64,000 nucleotides of DNA, taken from positions 117,271 to 181,270 of the IMG/VR virus record IMGVR_UViG_3300031088_000737. One strand, written 5' to 3'. This document shows positions 10,737-20,820 of this stretch, in pieces. The stretch's first letter is position 1. Every line of letters starts with the position of its first letter. The translations under genes were made by a program, and so were the position numbers. The notes below the pieces were generated by a model, which saw only the letters and a list, made by a program, of their open reading frames with translations, was not told the origin of the DNA and searched no databases. The DNA is from a virus.

Positions 10737-11399
10737 TTAAATTTTTAATCTAGATGTTCTTTTCGTTGGAGTGTCAGAACTAATATCTGTAATTATTTTA
10801 TGATCTTTTTTTAAATCCTTTTCCTTCATTTCTTCAATCCAGTTCAAAATTCTTAATTTATGTTCTGGACGTTTAAGGTTGAAGATTGGCACTTGAAAAT
10901 GACAGGCTAATCGCATAGCCGTTCGAGTTCCACCTGTCCCTCTTGTCATCTCAGATAAATCGATGGCTCCATCATTGGTATAGCAAACTAAAAATTTAGA
11001 AGGATTTCTTAAGTTATCACCTAAAACTTGAAAAACATTTCTGGTGTGTAGCTTGACGGTCATTAACCCACCATCGCCACGACTGTTTAATAAATTATCC
11101 CAATCCTCATGTAAATCAAATTTTGAAACAATATACATCGCTTCTCTGACTAATTCAGTGTCATCAATGAAGCGACCTACAATACCATCTTCTTTTCGCC
11201 AGTTTAAGCGAGGTAAAAAGATATTTGAATAGTTAGACACACCTTTTTGAAAAGCTTCGTCAGCTCCCCATGATCCACCACTTCGTAATGTCCAGCCAGT
11301 TTTGTTGAGATAGGTGGCTAGTTCAGTCATGATAGCTAAGTATTCAGCAGGTGTTTCTCGTGAACCTACCCCTGTATAAAATTTCTCTGGACTTGTCAT
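10737..11399 (-). CDS. SLOG/DprA-like protein
   Basis: YTGVGSRETP, LRSGGSWGADEAF, GTGGTRTAMRLA. Confidence 0.8.
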   Translation of the reverse strand: MTSPEKFYTGVGSRETPAEYLAIMTELATYLNKTGWTLRSGGSWGADEAFQKGVSNYSNIFLPRLNWRKEDGIVGRFIDDTELVREAMYIVSKFDLHEDWDNLLNSRGDGGLMTVKLHTRNVFQVLGDNLRNPSKFLVCYTNDGAIDLSEMTRGTGGTRTAMRLACHFQVPIFNLKRPEHKLRILNWIEEMKEKDLKKDHKIITDISSDTPTKRTSRLKI

Positions 11400-11525
11400 A
11401 GTTTCTCAATTTGTCTATTATTACATTATACCACAATAAAGCATGATGACCAAAATAATAAAGAGATTAAAAAGAAAAATGGCCTACTGTTTAAAGTAAG
11501 CCATTGTTTTTATTTTAAAAGCAAT

Positions 11526-12038
11526 TTAAACGTAAGCTGCTTTTTCTTTGATGTAGTAGTCTTTAACCAACACGTACAAATTTTTACCATTTGTTTCAAG
11601 TGTTGTATCCACTTTATCTTTGTTGCTATTGATGATAACCACTGCACTGTCTTTCATAACATTAATGGTTCTGCCTAATCTTAGTTCTTGACCATCAGTA
11701 AATAAGACTTTATCACCATCAAGAACACCTTCACCATAAATAGACTTAGCTACAGACAATTGACGAAAAAAATCACGTTCAGTTGGTTTCTTTTCTCTTT
11801 TTTCAAATTTCATGTCAAAGACTTCTTCCAAATCAATTGGGTCTGGTATGACATAAATACTTTTGGATGGTGTTTTCACTACACTTAACTTTGTAGTGAG
11901 TGAATCTTCGACTTGTACATGGCCTATTTTATTGAAGGCTTTAATAACACCTTTGTAAACAACACCATTTTCGCTTACAAAGACAGCTTCTTTTTCTTTT
12001 TCAATAACTTTACCAACAATATCGACTATTTCGTTCAT
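11526..12038 (-). CDS. Hypothetical protein
   Basis: ORF; start moved to the ATG after GGAG. Confidence 0.65.
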   Translation of the reverse strand: MNEIVDIVGKVIEKEKEAVFVSENGVVYKGVIKAFNKIGHVQVEDSLTTKLSVVKTPSKSIYVIPDPIDLEEVFDMKFEKREKKPTERDFFRQLSVAKSIYGEGVLDGDKVLFTDGQELRLGRTINVMKDSAVVIINSNKDKVDTTLETNGKNLYVLVKDYYIKEKAAYV

Positions 12039-12143
12039 AAATATCTCCATTTCATTTTGTAAAATTTTAACTTGACAAGCGGTAAATGTCAAATTATTAA
12101 CACATAGCAAAAAACCCGCATCGGCGGGTCTTTGCATTAAACG

Positions 12144-12380
12144 TTAAGCAGCACGTTTTTTAACTCTGGCATAGTAGCCTTTCGAAACAAGATAAACCTG
12201 TTTATCTGACTCTTTGATGGTAAGTTCTCTTTTATTTCCCTTACCGATTACCTTCAATGATCCATCTTCTGTTATCTCCAACACTCGACCTATTTGTAAG
12301 GTTCCGTGAGTAGTAGCATACAAGATTTGATCGTCTTTTAATAATTCCTTGCCTTTTATATCTTTAATTTCTGTATTCAT
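12144..12380 (-). CDS. Small hypothetical protein (possible SH3/KOW-like fold; resembles the C-terminus of the neighbouring gene)
   Basis: ORF with AGGT SD; beta-rich pattern. Confidence 0.6.
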   Translation of the reverse strand: MNTEIKDIKGKELLKDDQILYATTHGTLQIGRVLEITEDGSLKVIGKGNKRELTIKESDKQVYLVSKGYYARVKKRAA

Positions 12381-12477
12381 AACATATACCTCTATCTGTT
12401 AATTGTCTAAATATTAGCATAGAATAATGATATTGTCAAATTATGTACAATACCGTTCATCGTACAGTAATCTCGAT

Positions 12478-13359
12478 TTATTTATTTTTACCAACGAACA
12501 TTCCGCAAGAAGCTTGTACATCAAAGCCTACTTTGGGTACTACCCTATATTGAGCTGGTTTTAAAAGATCGACCAAGATAGATACGTTTCTATGTATAAC
12601 AGACTCATCAGACTCTTTACCATACTTATCAGAATATGGATTGTATCTAACAATATTCAAGTTGACTTTAAGGTCAATTTTATTAATGGCTTCAGCCATA
12701 TTGATCATGTCTTGTTCAGAATCATTTTCACCTTCAATGAACGCAAAGTGTATTTTTGGCACCTTACCATTGTAATCTTGCCATTCTTTTAAAAGTTCTA
12801 AACTTCTTTCGTAAGGTAGTGCTCTAGCTAACCATTTTTTTCTAAATTTTTCATCTGTACTGTAAAGAGAATAATAGATCTCTGGCAATGTATTTGGAAA
12901 GATATCAACTAAGGTACGATCACCCATACTTTCAGGCATGATAGTAGAAATAAGGTATTTTGCTTCCAATCCACGACTTTGAGCCATAGCCGCATAAGTC
13001 CCTAACAAACGTTCGTTATCATTAAGAACCACTGGGTTGTTTAATGCTTCACCTCTTGCCATGAAGTTATAATGAACTAATTTTGCTTTGATTGGTTGAA
13101 TATCATAATGTTCGTAAACAAGAGCAGCTTGTTTTACTAATTCTTCATAGGAAGCATTTTCAAGTTTGTTTTGACCAGTTGCGGTTAAGTGGCACATTCT
13201 ACAAGCTTGATCACATCCTGATTGAGAAGAAACATAAATAATGAAATAATCATTTTCACGACGCACAAACCGAGCTTCGTATTGTCCGATTTGAGATGCG
13301 GGATAGATAATGTTTAATGATTGGTCAATTTGACTTTGTTTTTTAATAATATCGCTCAT
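12478..13359 (-). CDS. RlmN/Cfr-like radical SAM RNA methyltransferase, atypical
   Basis: VSSQSGCDQACRMC (CxxxCxxC), MARGEAL (cf. MGMGEPL), SLYSTDEKFR, NLNIVRYNP, ASCGMF. Confidence 0.85.
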   Translation of the reverse strand: MSDIIKKQSQIDQSLNIIYPASQIGQYEARFVRRENDYFIIYVSSQSGCDQACRMCHLTATGQNKLENASYEELVKQAALVYEHYDIQPIKAKLVHYNFMARGEALNNPVVLNDNERLLGTYAAMAQSRGLEAKYLISTIMPESMGDRTLVDIFPNTLPEIYYSLYSTDEKFRKKWLARALPYERSLELLKEWQDYNGKVPKIHFAFIEGENDSEQDMINMAEAINKIDLKVNLNIVRYNPYSDKYGKESDESVIHRNVSILVDLLKPAQYRVVPKVGFDVQASCGMFVGKNK

Positions 13360-13436
13360 TCTAGAACTCCTAGTTATCTATAAATTATAACACTTTGTTT
13401 ATATTTTATCAAACTAGTTTTTCAATAATTGATTGA

Positions 13437-14030
13437 TTATTTATTTTCTATTTTGTCATCAAAATAAGAGAATGGTAACAATCTAGCAATATTTTTAGCA
13501 TCATCAATGCCACGGTGTTGAGTACCGATGAATTGTAATCCAGCTCGACCTAATGCACGACCTAGGCCGATTTCGCGTCCTATTTTTTGTTTTTTCGCAA
13601 ACAAGTTTTTTAAATTGACACCAGAAGCAAAATGAAACCTTTGGTTATTTCGTTCACAAAACTTCTTCAATTCGTAAAAATCGTATCGGCCCCATGAACA
13701 GAATTCAGGATTAGGATATTGTATAAACCAATCTTCGAAAGACTGATAGGCTTCTTTGTATAAGGGAGCATTATCGACATCTGATTGCTTTATTTTGGTC
13801 AACTGTTTACAAAACGCAGTCAGTTCTGATTGGTAGTTGAGTGGTTTGATAAAAGTTTGGAATTCACCAACGATTTCAAATCGTTCGTTTACCGCAACCG
13901 CACCAATTTCAATAGGTTCTGAAAATTCACGGTTAAAGGTTGATTGAGTGTTGGCTTGGTCATCACAAGTGGCTTCGATGTCAGTAATGATGAATGTTTT
14001 TTGAGGTGTTTCTATTATAGTATTTTTCAT
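13437..14030 (-). CDS. DEDDh 3'-5' exonuclease (ERI1/KapD-like)
   Basis: DIEATC, EPIEIGAV, FQTFIKP, SWGRYD, HRGIDDAKNIA. Confidence 0.9.
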   Translation of the reverse strand: MKNTIIETPQKTFIITDIEATCDDQANTQSTFNREFSEPIEIGAVAVNERFEIVGEFQTFIKPLNYQSELTAFCKQLTKIKQSDVDNAPLYKEAYQSFEDWFIQYPNPEFCSWGRYDFYELKKFCERNNQRFHFASGVNLKNLFAKKQKIGREIGLGRALGRAGLQFIGTQHRGIDDAKNIARLLPFSYFDDKIENK

Positions 14031-14160
14031 GGCGATGATTATAACATTGTTTGTTTAAAAAAGCAACATTTTAAATTCATTTTTTTTTAACATTTTTTTT
14101 GACAAATTATGAATTTCGATTATCATATAAAGGATTTTTATTGACATTAAGGAGATTAAT

Positions 14161-14907
14161 ATGAATACAACAACTATACAAGAAAAACCTAATTTAATGG
14201 CTTGGTTTTTTACTTTATTTCTCAGTCTTTCAGGAACGTTAGGAATTATTTACGCTCTATCTATGTTCCTTGATGGAATTAATACCTACAGACTTAAAAG
14301 CGAAGGTTTTGATTTGACAATAAGTTTAATCAAAGCAGATCCTATGTATTTCTTTTCGCTCGGCTTTCTTGTTCTAGCTTTAGTAATTACGTTTATTTTC
14401 TTTGCTCTTGCTATTTTTAAAGAAAATATTAAATCATATTCTAATAAATTTTTAATATCTATTTCAATAGTAATGGCAATCTTTGCTGTTTTTGTAGTTA
14501 AATTTGAAACTAAAAATGAATTGTTGGTTAATTTTAGTGAAGAAGTTTATAATAATATTGCAAAACAATATGAAGATCCAGCTATATTTACTAATTCGAC
14601 CCCTGCAAAAGAATTCAAGTTAGCTTTAGATAATAACAATTTTGAAGCACTTAAACCTTATATCAACAATCCAAAAAACATTAGAGGTCTAAGCGAAGCT
14701 GACATGTTTAATAAGCTGTTAACGGTTCAAAACATCTCTAACCAATCAGTAAGAAATGAATTTGATTCTATCTATGCTGATCGTTATATCACCATTGAAG
14801 AATATAACAAATTTAAAAATAATGCAACTAACAGTATTCTGCATTCATTAACAGCCGAGATTAAATCAAACACTGATAATGATAAAATTTTGGCAGCCAA
14901 TCTTTAA
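14161..14907 (+). CDS. Membrane protein (3 TM plus soluble domain)
   Basis: Hydrophobic N-terminal half; AGGAG SD. Confidence 0.7.
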   Translation: MNTTTIQEKPNLMAWFFTLFLSLSGTLGIIYALSMFLDGINTYRLKSEGFDLTISLIKADPMYFFSLGFLVLALVITFIFFALAIFKENIKSYSNKFLISISIVMAIFAVFVVKFETKNELLVNFSEEVYNNIAKQYEDPAIFTNSTPAKEFKLALDNNNFEALKPYINNPKNIRGLSEADMFNKLLTVQNISNQSVRNEFDSIYADRYITIEEYNKFKNNATNSILHSLTAEIKSNTDNDKILAANL

Positions 14908-14926
14908 TTATAAATAAGCAGACAAT

Positions 14927-14953
14927 AAAAAACCACTTTCCAGTGGTTTTTTT
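14927..14953. terminator. Bidirectional intrinsic terminator
   Basis: AAAAAACCACT-TTCC-AGTGGTTTTTTT. Confidence 0.85.
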
Positions 14954-14968
14954 ACTTTCGTAGATTAC

Positions 14969-16099
14969 TTATTTTTCATTGTATTCAGCTTTCAGTTGTT
15001 CATACAATTTTTCAATATCAGACAATTCACTGGCAGTGTTGTTAAATTTGACAATTTTACCAAAGTGTACACTGGCAATGGCTGACTTGATTTGTGCTTT
15101 TTTAGCTCCATTACTTTTCATGTGTTTGATACGGTTCTCAGCGACAACTGGATCGATGTTTCTGAATTCGACCAAACGAGCATGGCGAACAGACTCTTCT
15201 GCATCAACCAGAATGACATGGTTATTGCAAAGGTTTAGCATATCACTTTCCACCAGCAACGCAGAGTTAATCAGTACAATACCTTTTTTACCACGAAGTT
15301 CTTTACGAAGTAGAACCATTACAGGTTCTTTGAAGATTTCATTCAAGAAGTCAACGTGTTCTTTACTGTCTTCTGTACCAAAAGCAATTTGACCAATTTT
15401 AGCACGGTCAAGTGTGCCGAAACGTTTACGAATGCGTTCACGAATTTCTTTGTAACGTGGTTTATCTGAACTGTATACTTGATGTGCAAGCTTATCTAGC
15501 TCGATGTTAAATACCAGTGGATTATCTTCGGATTCGGCATGTTGTTTTTCAGAGAACAATGCGAGTTGGTCAGCCACATACGACTTACCAGAACCCATTA
15601 CACCCGTAATACCATAGACCAGTTGACTTGAAATTTTACGTTCAAGCAGTTTTTTAACTGGGAGTGGAACATACTCATGAATCAGACCATTCTCAGCTTG
15701 AATTGCTTTGACATTGCTAGAACTCACATGAGCGAGTTTAGAGCGTGAAAACATAAAGAAAGTATCAATATCCATTTGAGAACCGTTGATCTGATCAAGG
15801 GCTTGTTCATCCACAGCATCAGAAGCATTTCGAATGCCACGAACAATAATGCTTGCACCTTGTTCAAAAGCAAAGTCAACCAACAGACCTTCAAAGAACA
15901 TAACGGTGACGTTATCCAGATGGGACAGCGATTGCTTGGCAACGGTCAAACGCTCATCAGGGGTTAGCATATACTTTTTGTTAGGGTTTACACCTAGACC
16001 CACAATAAGCTTGTCAAAGCCTGCCGCAGCACGGTTAATGATGTCAATATGACCGAAGGTGATAGGGTCGCCAGATAGTGCGTAAACAGCAGTAGTCAT
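14969..16099 (-). CDS. coaD-coaE: Bifunctional phosphopantetheine adenylyltransferase / dephospho-CoA kinase (CoaD-CoaE fusion)
   Basis: AVYALSGDPITFGHIDII, VRGIR, VSSSNVK (CoaD); YGITGVMGSGKS and ALLVES..CNNHVILVDA (CoaE) in one ORF. Confidence 0.9.
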   Translation of the reverse strand: MTTAVYALSGDPITFGHIDIINRAAAGFDKLIVGLGVNPNKKYMLTPDERLTVAKQSLSHLDNVTVMFFEGLLVDFAFEQGASIIVRGIRNASDAVDEQALDQINGSQMDIDTFFMFSRSKLAHVSSSNVKAIQAENGLIHEYVPLPVKKLLERKISSQLVYGITGVMGSGKSYVADQLALFSEKQHAESEDNPLVFNIELDKLAHQVYSSDKPRYKEIRERIRKRFGTLDRAKIGQIAFGTEDSKEHVDFLNEIFKEPVMVLLRKELRGKKGIVLINSALLVESDMLNLCNNHVILVDAEESVRHARLVEFRNIDPVVAENRIKHMKSNGAKKAQIKSAIASVHFGKIVKFNNTASELSDIEKLYEQLKAEYNEK

Positions 16100-16171
16100 G
16101 ATATGTCTCTCCAATTTGTTTATTAAAAAATGCTCTCTTTCGAGTGCATTGTTTTTTCTGTTAAATCGTGG

Positions 16172-16342
16172 TTATTGAGTTTTAATTTTTCTTTGACTTT
16201 GTTTTTTGTGTTTTCCATTGTCTTTTAACTCTTCAATTGCTCTTTGACTTTTCACAACTCTTTCTTTGGAGTGGAAGTAATCATCAGCAGCAAGTTCATC
16301 AAGTCTGTCAAGGTCAATGTCCTTCACATCAATTTTACTCAT
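16172..16342 (-). CDS. 56-aa hypothetical protein (not in the ORF track)
   Basis: Hand translation MSKIDVKDIDLDRLDELAADDYFHSKERVVKSQRAIEELKDNGKHKKQSQRKIKTQ; GAGG SD; terminator follows. Confidence 0.6.
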   Translation of the reverse strand: MSKIDVKDIDLDRLDELAADDYFHSKERVVKSQRAIEELKDNGKHKKQSQRKIKTQ

Positions 16343-16438
16343 AGATTTTCCTCATTTATAGCCTTTTAAAAGGCTTCGAAATGATTCGCTTCCTTTTATA
16401 TTATATTACACTACTTAGATATTTAATTCAATACCTTT

Positions 16439-16816
16439 CTAATGGAATATCTTACTAATAATGCTTGAAAAACCTAATCTTCTATTTTGACTCAACGCTA
16501 ATTTAATCTCACTCAAAATATCTTCATATTCTTTATATTTTGGCTCTTTATCTGTCTTTATTATAGCACACATTATACCTAGAATGCCACTAATAATTTC
16601 AGAATCTGAAAAACCTTGTAATAAAGTACCTTCGTCAGTCTTGGTGACGGTGATGTGAACAATGCTCATACAACCAGATATCTTGTTGTTGTGGGTTCGC
16701 TCAGCTTCTGGTAAGATATTGAGATCTCTTTTTCTGGATAATATGTAGTCATACAACAATTCGTCATCATTGCTGTAGGTTTGCAGTTCGCTTAATATTT
16801 TCTCTTTTGGTGTCAT
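16439..16816 (-). CDS. sufE: SufE-family sulfur-acceptor protein
   Basis: YDYIL...L..LPEAERT..NKISGCMSIV..., FSDSEIISGIL, LSQNRRLGF. Confidence 0.85.
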   Translation of the reverse strand: MTPKEKILSELQTYSNDDELLYDYILSRKRDLNILPEAERTHNNKISGCMSIVHITVTKTDEGTLLQGFSDSEIISGILGIMCAIIKTDKEPKYKEYEDILSEIKLALSQNRRLGFSSIISKIFH

Positions 16817-16899
16817 TAATGAGTTCCTTATAGAATGCTATAAGTTTACCGCTTTAAAAAAATTAATCAATTGTAAAAAAAATAAAGCACCTGAGTGCT

Positions 16900-17049
16900 T
16901 TATCTTTGTTCCATCTTATAATAACTTTCTTTTTTACGTTTGTTCTCTATTGATTCCATCTTATTGTACGGTGTAGCTGGAAAGAAAGATTCAAAAATTT
17001 TACTTATAAAGTCACAAACATAGTTTGTTTCTTTTTCTTGGCGTTTCAT
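16900..17049 (-). CDS. Small hypothetical protein
   Basis: Start at the ATG after AGGAG; terminator-like hairpin downstream. Confidence 0.5.
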   Translation of the reverse strand: MKRQEKETNYVCDFISKIFESFFPATPYNKMESIENKRKKESYYKMEQR

Positions 17050-17217
17050 TTTAAAGCTCCTAATTGTATATCTATTTATCAACGATATTACCATTTAGGC
17101 AAAAAACTGTCAAGTATATTGCACATATATATTTAATTGAACGATACTGTCTTGTCTAGTTTTTTGTTTTTGCCCATGTTAAACTCCTGTAAAATAAGAA
17201 TATTACTATTTATATCT

Positions 17218-17847
17218 TTAATTCAGCTTTAAATTGTTGTTGGTATTTTCAATAATGTACCGTTTGTATTCTTCATCAATTAATGCCTCTATTTTACTGT
17301 CTTCATAAGTGATTGTTACTCTCTCATTTGAATCAGAGAAATTAGTTCCGCAGTTAATGTAGACTGTACGATTTTCTTTAATTATTTTTTTGATATGAAA
17401 AGCAGCGTCGAAAAAGTTATATTGACCTAAACCATATTTATGTCTTAATGAATCCATTGTAATGTCTGCTACATCACAAGCATCTGTAACATAATTTTTA
17501 TACACTATTTTGTAAATAGTTCCACTTTCTTTTGTTGCGTAAACAGTTATTTTATTAGTTTTCAATATATTACTATCAGCGTTATCACTGGCAACGCTTG
17601 CAGTGAGAAGGTTATATTTAATATCTCTAAAATTGTAAGTGTCAAGTCCTTTCAATTCTGTATTTTTTGATAATGTATCAATATTATCACCTAGATTAAC
17701 ACCATATATACCACCGATAGGTTCATTTTTTGTGACTTCTGATTGGAGTCTATTAAGTCGATTGATACCATATCCTATTGTGATGATAGCTAAAAATACT
17801 ACAAACAAACTCATCCCAGTGATAATAACTTTTTCTCTTGATATCAT
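17218..17847 (-). CDS. Membrane-anchored periplasmic hypothetical protein (similar to 58444..59028)
   Basis: N-terminal TM; IYGVNLG...VYATKESGTIYKI...LRHKYG. Confidence 0.65.
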   Translation of the reverse strand: MISREKVIITGMSLFVVFLAIITIGYGINRLNRLQSEVTKNEPIGGIYGVNLGDNIDTLSKNTELKGLDTYNFRDIKYNLLTASVASDNADSNILKTNKITVYATKESGTIYKIVYKNYVTDACDVADITMDSLRHKYGLGQYNFFDAAFHIKKIIKENRTVYINCGTNFSDSNERVTITYEDSKIEALIDEEYKRYIIENTNNNLKLN

Positions 17848-17926
17848 GTTAAACTCCTGTAAAAAAGTCAATAATACTACTTATATAATTTTTTGTCAAT
17901 GAAACAAAAAAAGAACCATCAGGTTC

Positions 17927-18529
17927 TTATTGTATTTGGTAGGATGTATAGAAACTGCTGTAAGTGTCAAGGGCTTTAACATCACATGGACTGATATAGA
18001 TTTCTTTATCAACTTTAATGGGTGTAGCAATTTCATACACTAAGTATCCATTATTAATATTGAAGACTTGTTCATATTCGTAACCTTCTCTATGCGTGAT
18101 ATTGAATACATAATCAGCGTTGCTGTCTTTAATAGAATCTCGATGTATCCATTTATCTACATAGTTAGTATTTTTATCGTTTGTTTTTTTACCTGTCATG
18201 CTGAAAATTCGGTTTTCAGCTTCATTGTAATATTTAATTTCTGTAAACTGAGGGTCTTTACACATGAATAGCTTACAAGTCGTACATGGATAAGTTTTAC
18301 ATTCTTCTACACCATCAATTTTACCTGTTAACAGAACAGATTTATTTTTTTGGCTTTTAAATTTTAAGATTTCTACTTCATCATATTTGAAATGTTTAAC
18401 AAAACCAACACCGCAAGATAACTTTGTAAAGTCAAATGATGTTGTTTTACTTGGGGTGGAACACCCTGTTACTGTTAAAAATGCAAAAGTGATTAGCAAG
18501 GGATTTAAAAATCCTTTAACTATTTTCAT
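17927..18529 (-). CDS. Hypothetical lipoprotein
   Basis: Lipobox-like TVTGC. Confidence 0.65.
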   Translation of the reverse strand: MKIVKGFLNPLLITFAFLTVTGCSTPSKTTSFDFTKLSCGVGFVKHFKYDEVEILKFKSQKNKSVLLTGKIDGVEECKTYPCTTCKLFMCKDPQFTEIKYYNEAENRIFSMTGKKTNDKNTNYVDKWIHRDSIKDSNADYVFNITHREGYEYEQVFNINNGYLVYEIATPIKVDKEIYISPCDVKALDTYSSFYTSYQIQ

Positions 18530-18613
18530 TTTGATACTCGTTTATTGTTTTGAGTTATTATACAACAAACTGAAATTATATCAATTAGACTTGCCTATTA
18601 TTTTAAAAATATT

Positions 18614-18904
18614 TTAAGAGAAATTAAAATAGTCATCATACCTTATCCAGACGACTCCTTTTTTATAAATTTTATTTTGAATGACTGTATGCATTCTGGG
18701 TACGTTCGCTAAGATAAATTTCAAATCATTTTCAGTCAGGTCATCGACATGAATAAATTCAGCACACTGCATAAAGTAGCTATCAATTCCATCTTCTATA
18801 CATTTATCATAGAGATCTTCTTTGCTACTGGCATTCGCTAATACATAATAGTTTCTGGCCCCTTCCCCTGTTGCTGCATATTGTATTTTCATAAAGTAAG
18901 TCAT
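18614..18904 (-). CDS. Hypothetical protein
   Basis: ORF with GAGG SD. Confidence 0.6.
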   Translation of the reverse strand: MTYFMKIQYAATGEGARNYYVLANASSKEDLYDKCIEDGIDSYFMQCAEFIHVDDLTENDLKFILANVPRMHTVIQNKIYKKGVVWIRYDDYFNFS

Positions 18905-18967
18905 ATGATTACCTCAAATAGTTAAAGAAGTATACAACGATTTATATGTAGTGTCAATTTAGAGTAA

Positions 18968-18996
18968 TTGACTTAATTGACGTAAAGCGATATAAT
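18968..18996 (+). promoter_or_regulatory. Sigma70-type promoter
   Basis: TTGACT-N17-TATAAT upstream of the Sir2 gene. Confidence 0.75.
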
Positions 18997-19019
18997 ACAA
19001 AAATATAAAAAAAGGGCAC

Positions 19020-19832
19020 ATGATGATCACAAAAATATTAAGTATCAAGAAAAAATATGAGAAACATTTAGCCGAAAATGCAAGCATTGCAGACTATAAA
19101 CCAAAAATCACCATCTTTACAGGTGCTGGTATTTCTCGTGACAGTGGACTTGAAACATTCAGGGACAGTGATGGTTTGTGGAATAATCATTCTATTGAAG
19201 AAATTGCTACTGCGAGTGCTATTCGAAAAGATTTTCCAAAAGTTAACAATTTCTATAACATGAGAAGACGTGAAGTGCTGGCGGCTGAACCTAATCAAGC
19301 TCATCTTATTCTAAAACAACTGGAAGAACATTTTGAAGTTGTTATTGTTACTCAAAATGTAGACAACTTGCATGAGAAAGCAGGCAGTTCAAAGGTTTTG
19401 CACCTTCATGGTGAAATTATGAAATCTCGCCCTGTTGCTAATACTAAGATATTTTATGAGCAGACTGATGATATCAATGTAGGTGATAGATGTCCAGCCA
19501 CCAATTCACAATTAAGACCTCATGTTGTTTTGTTTAATGAAAAATTAGATGAAGACATCTTTTATGAAGCAAGAAGACACATACGAGAATCTGATTTGTT
19601 TATTGTTGTAGGTAGTAGTTTGCAAGTCAATCCAGCGGCTTCTTTGGTTGCTGAAGGCAATGGCATGAGAGAGTTCTATTTGGTTGACCCGAGTGATGTA
19701 GAAACTATGTATCGCCATAAATTTAAGCATGTCAAAGACACTGCAGTTAATGGATTGGCTGAATTGTTACCTACGTTAATTGAACAAGCCAATGAACTGG
19801 TTAATAAATTTAGAGACAAAAAAGGAGCTTGA
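19020..19832 (+). CDS. cobB: Sir2/CobB NAD-dependent protein deacylase
   Basis: TGAGISRDSGLETFR, TQNVDNLHEKAG, HLHGE, LRPHVVLF, VGSSLQVNPAA. Confidence 0.93.
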   Translation: MMITKILSIKKKYEKHLAENASIADYKPKITIFTGAGISRDSGLETFRDSDGLWNNHSIEEIATASAIRKDFPKVNNFYNMRRREVLAAEPNQAHLILKQLEEHFEVVIVTQNVDNLHEKAGSSKVLHLHGEIMKSRPVANTKIFYEQTDDINVGDRCPATNSQLRPHVVLFNEKLDEDIFYEARRHIRESDLFIVVGSSLQVNPAASLVAEGNGMREFYLVDPSDVETMYRHKFKHVKDTAVNGLAELLPTLIEQANELVNKFRDKKGA

Positions 19833-19839
19833 TAGCTCC

Positions 19840-20709
19840 TTATAGTTTTATTCCGCTGTCTTTTAATTTCTTCTTAGCCAATAGTTCTATATCCATTGCG
19901 TAGTTGCTTAACTCAGCTTCTTTTTCTTTATACCGTTTGGTATGTTTATCATTTAAGTTTTTAACCAGCTTATAACTGCCGTGAATAACTGATAGTGTAT
20001 TATTGATTGTAGGTATATTTTTGTTAGATGCCGTCATGTTATCTTGGAGCACAATTTCTTCTGATTTATCATCGCTAATAATATTCATTAGAGGTTCGTA
20101 ATAAGCAACATCGGCTGTTGAATCATAGGTTAAAATTTGTTCTTTACTATACTTAATTGACTTTTTAAACCTTGAAACCGCCGCAATGGCTTCACCAAAA
20201 TTCTTGTTGATGTCAACCATCAATATTTGATAGTTTTGTTCATTAATACCATTATGGTATCTAATATTTAACTCATTGAGTAATTTAACACCGTGTTCAA
20301 GTGCATTGATAGAAATTATACAAATATCTTCAATTTCTTTGGTGACACGATTGATTTCAAAATACATTTCTTTTTCAGATAGTAATCGTTTATTTTTCAA
20401 TGAGCTTTCATCACTTCCAGAAATAATGCTATTTTTAGCATATTCGATAATATGAGTTTTGCGTTCTTCTATTTCTTTTTTAATTTCATTTATGGTATGA
20501 GTCGATAATTGGATAGACTCAACAATCTCATTGACACTAGAATGCTCATTTTTATCAAAAAATTTTTTCATGAAAGATCGCTTAACGTGTTCAGACTTTT
20601 TTACTAATAATAATTGTTCGTATTCGACTATTTTGTATTGTTCATTACTAATGATTTCCTGTTTTTGTTCCAGAAATTCTTTGTAATTTTCTATATGCAG
20701 TTCTAACAT
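19840..20709 (-). CDS. Hypothetical coiled-coil protein
   Basis: Long helical ORF. Confidence 0.65.
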   Translation of the reverse strand: MLELHIENYKEFLEQKQEIISNEQYKIVEYEQLLLVKKSEHVKRSFMKKFFDKNEHSSVNEIVESIQLSTHTINEIKKEIEERKTHIIEYAKNSIISGSDESSLKNKRLLSEKEMYFEINRVTKEIEDICIISINALEHGVKLLNELNIRYHNGINEQNYQILMVDINKNFGEAIAAVSRFKKSIKYSKEQILTYDSTADVAYYEPLMNIISDDKSEEIVLQDNMTASNKNIPTINNTLSVIHGSYKLVKNLNDKHTKRYKEKEAELSNYAMDIELLAKKKLKDSGIKL

Positions 20710-20820
20710 TCTTATAGCCCCTAAAAAAGTCTCTTTAGTTTAACACAAGGCAAAAAATAATTCAATAAAAAAGGTGATGTCTTTTTTATTTTTCTGTAAT
20801 ACTTGAACTACACTTTAAAA

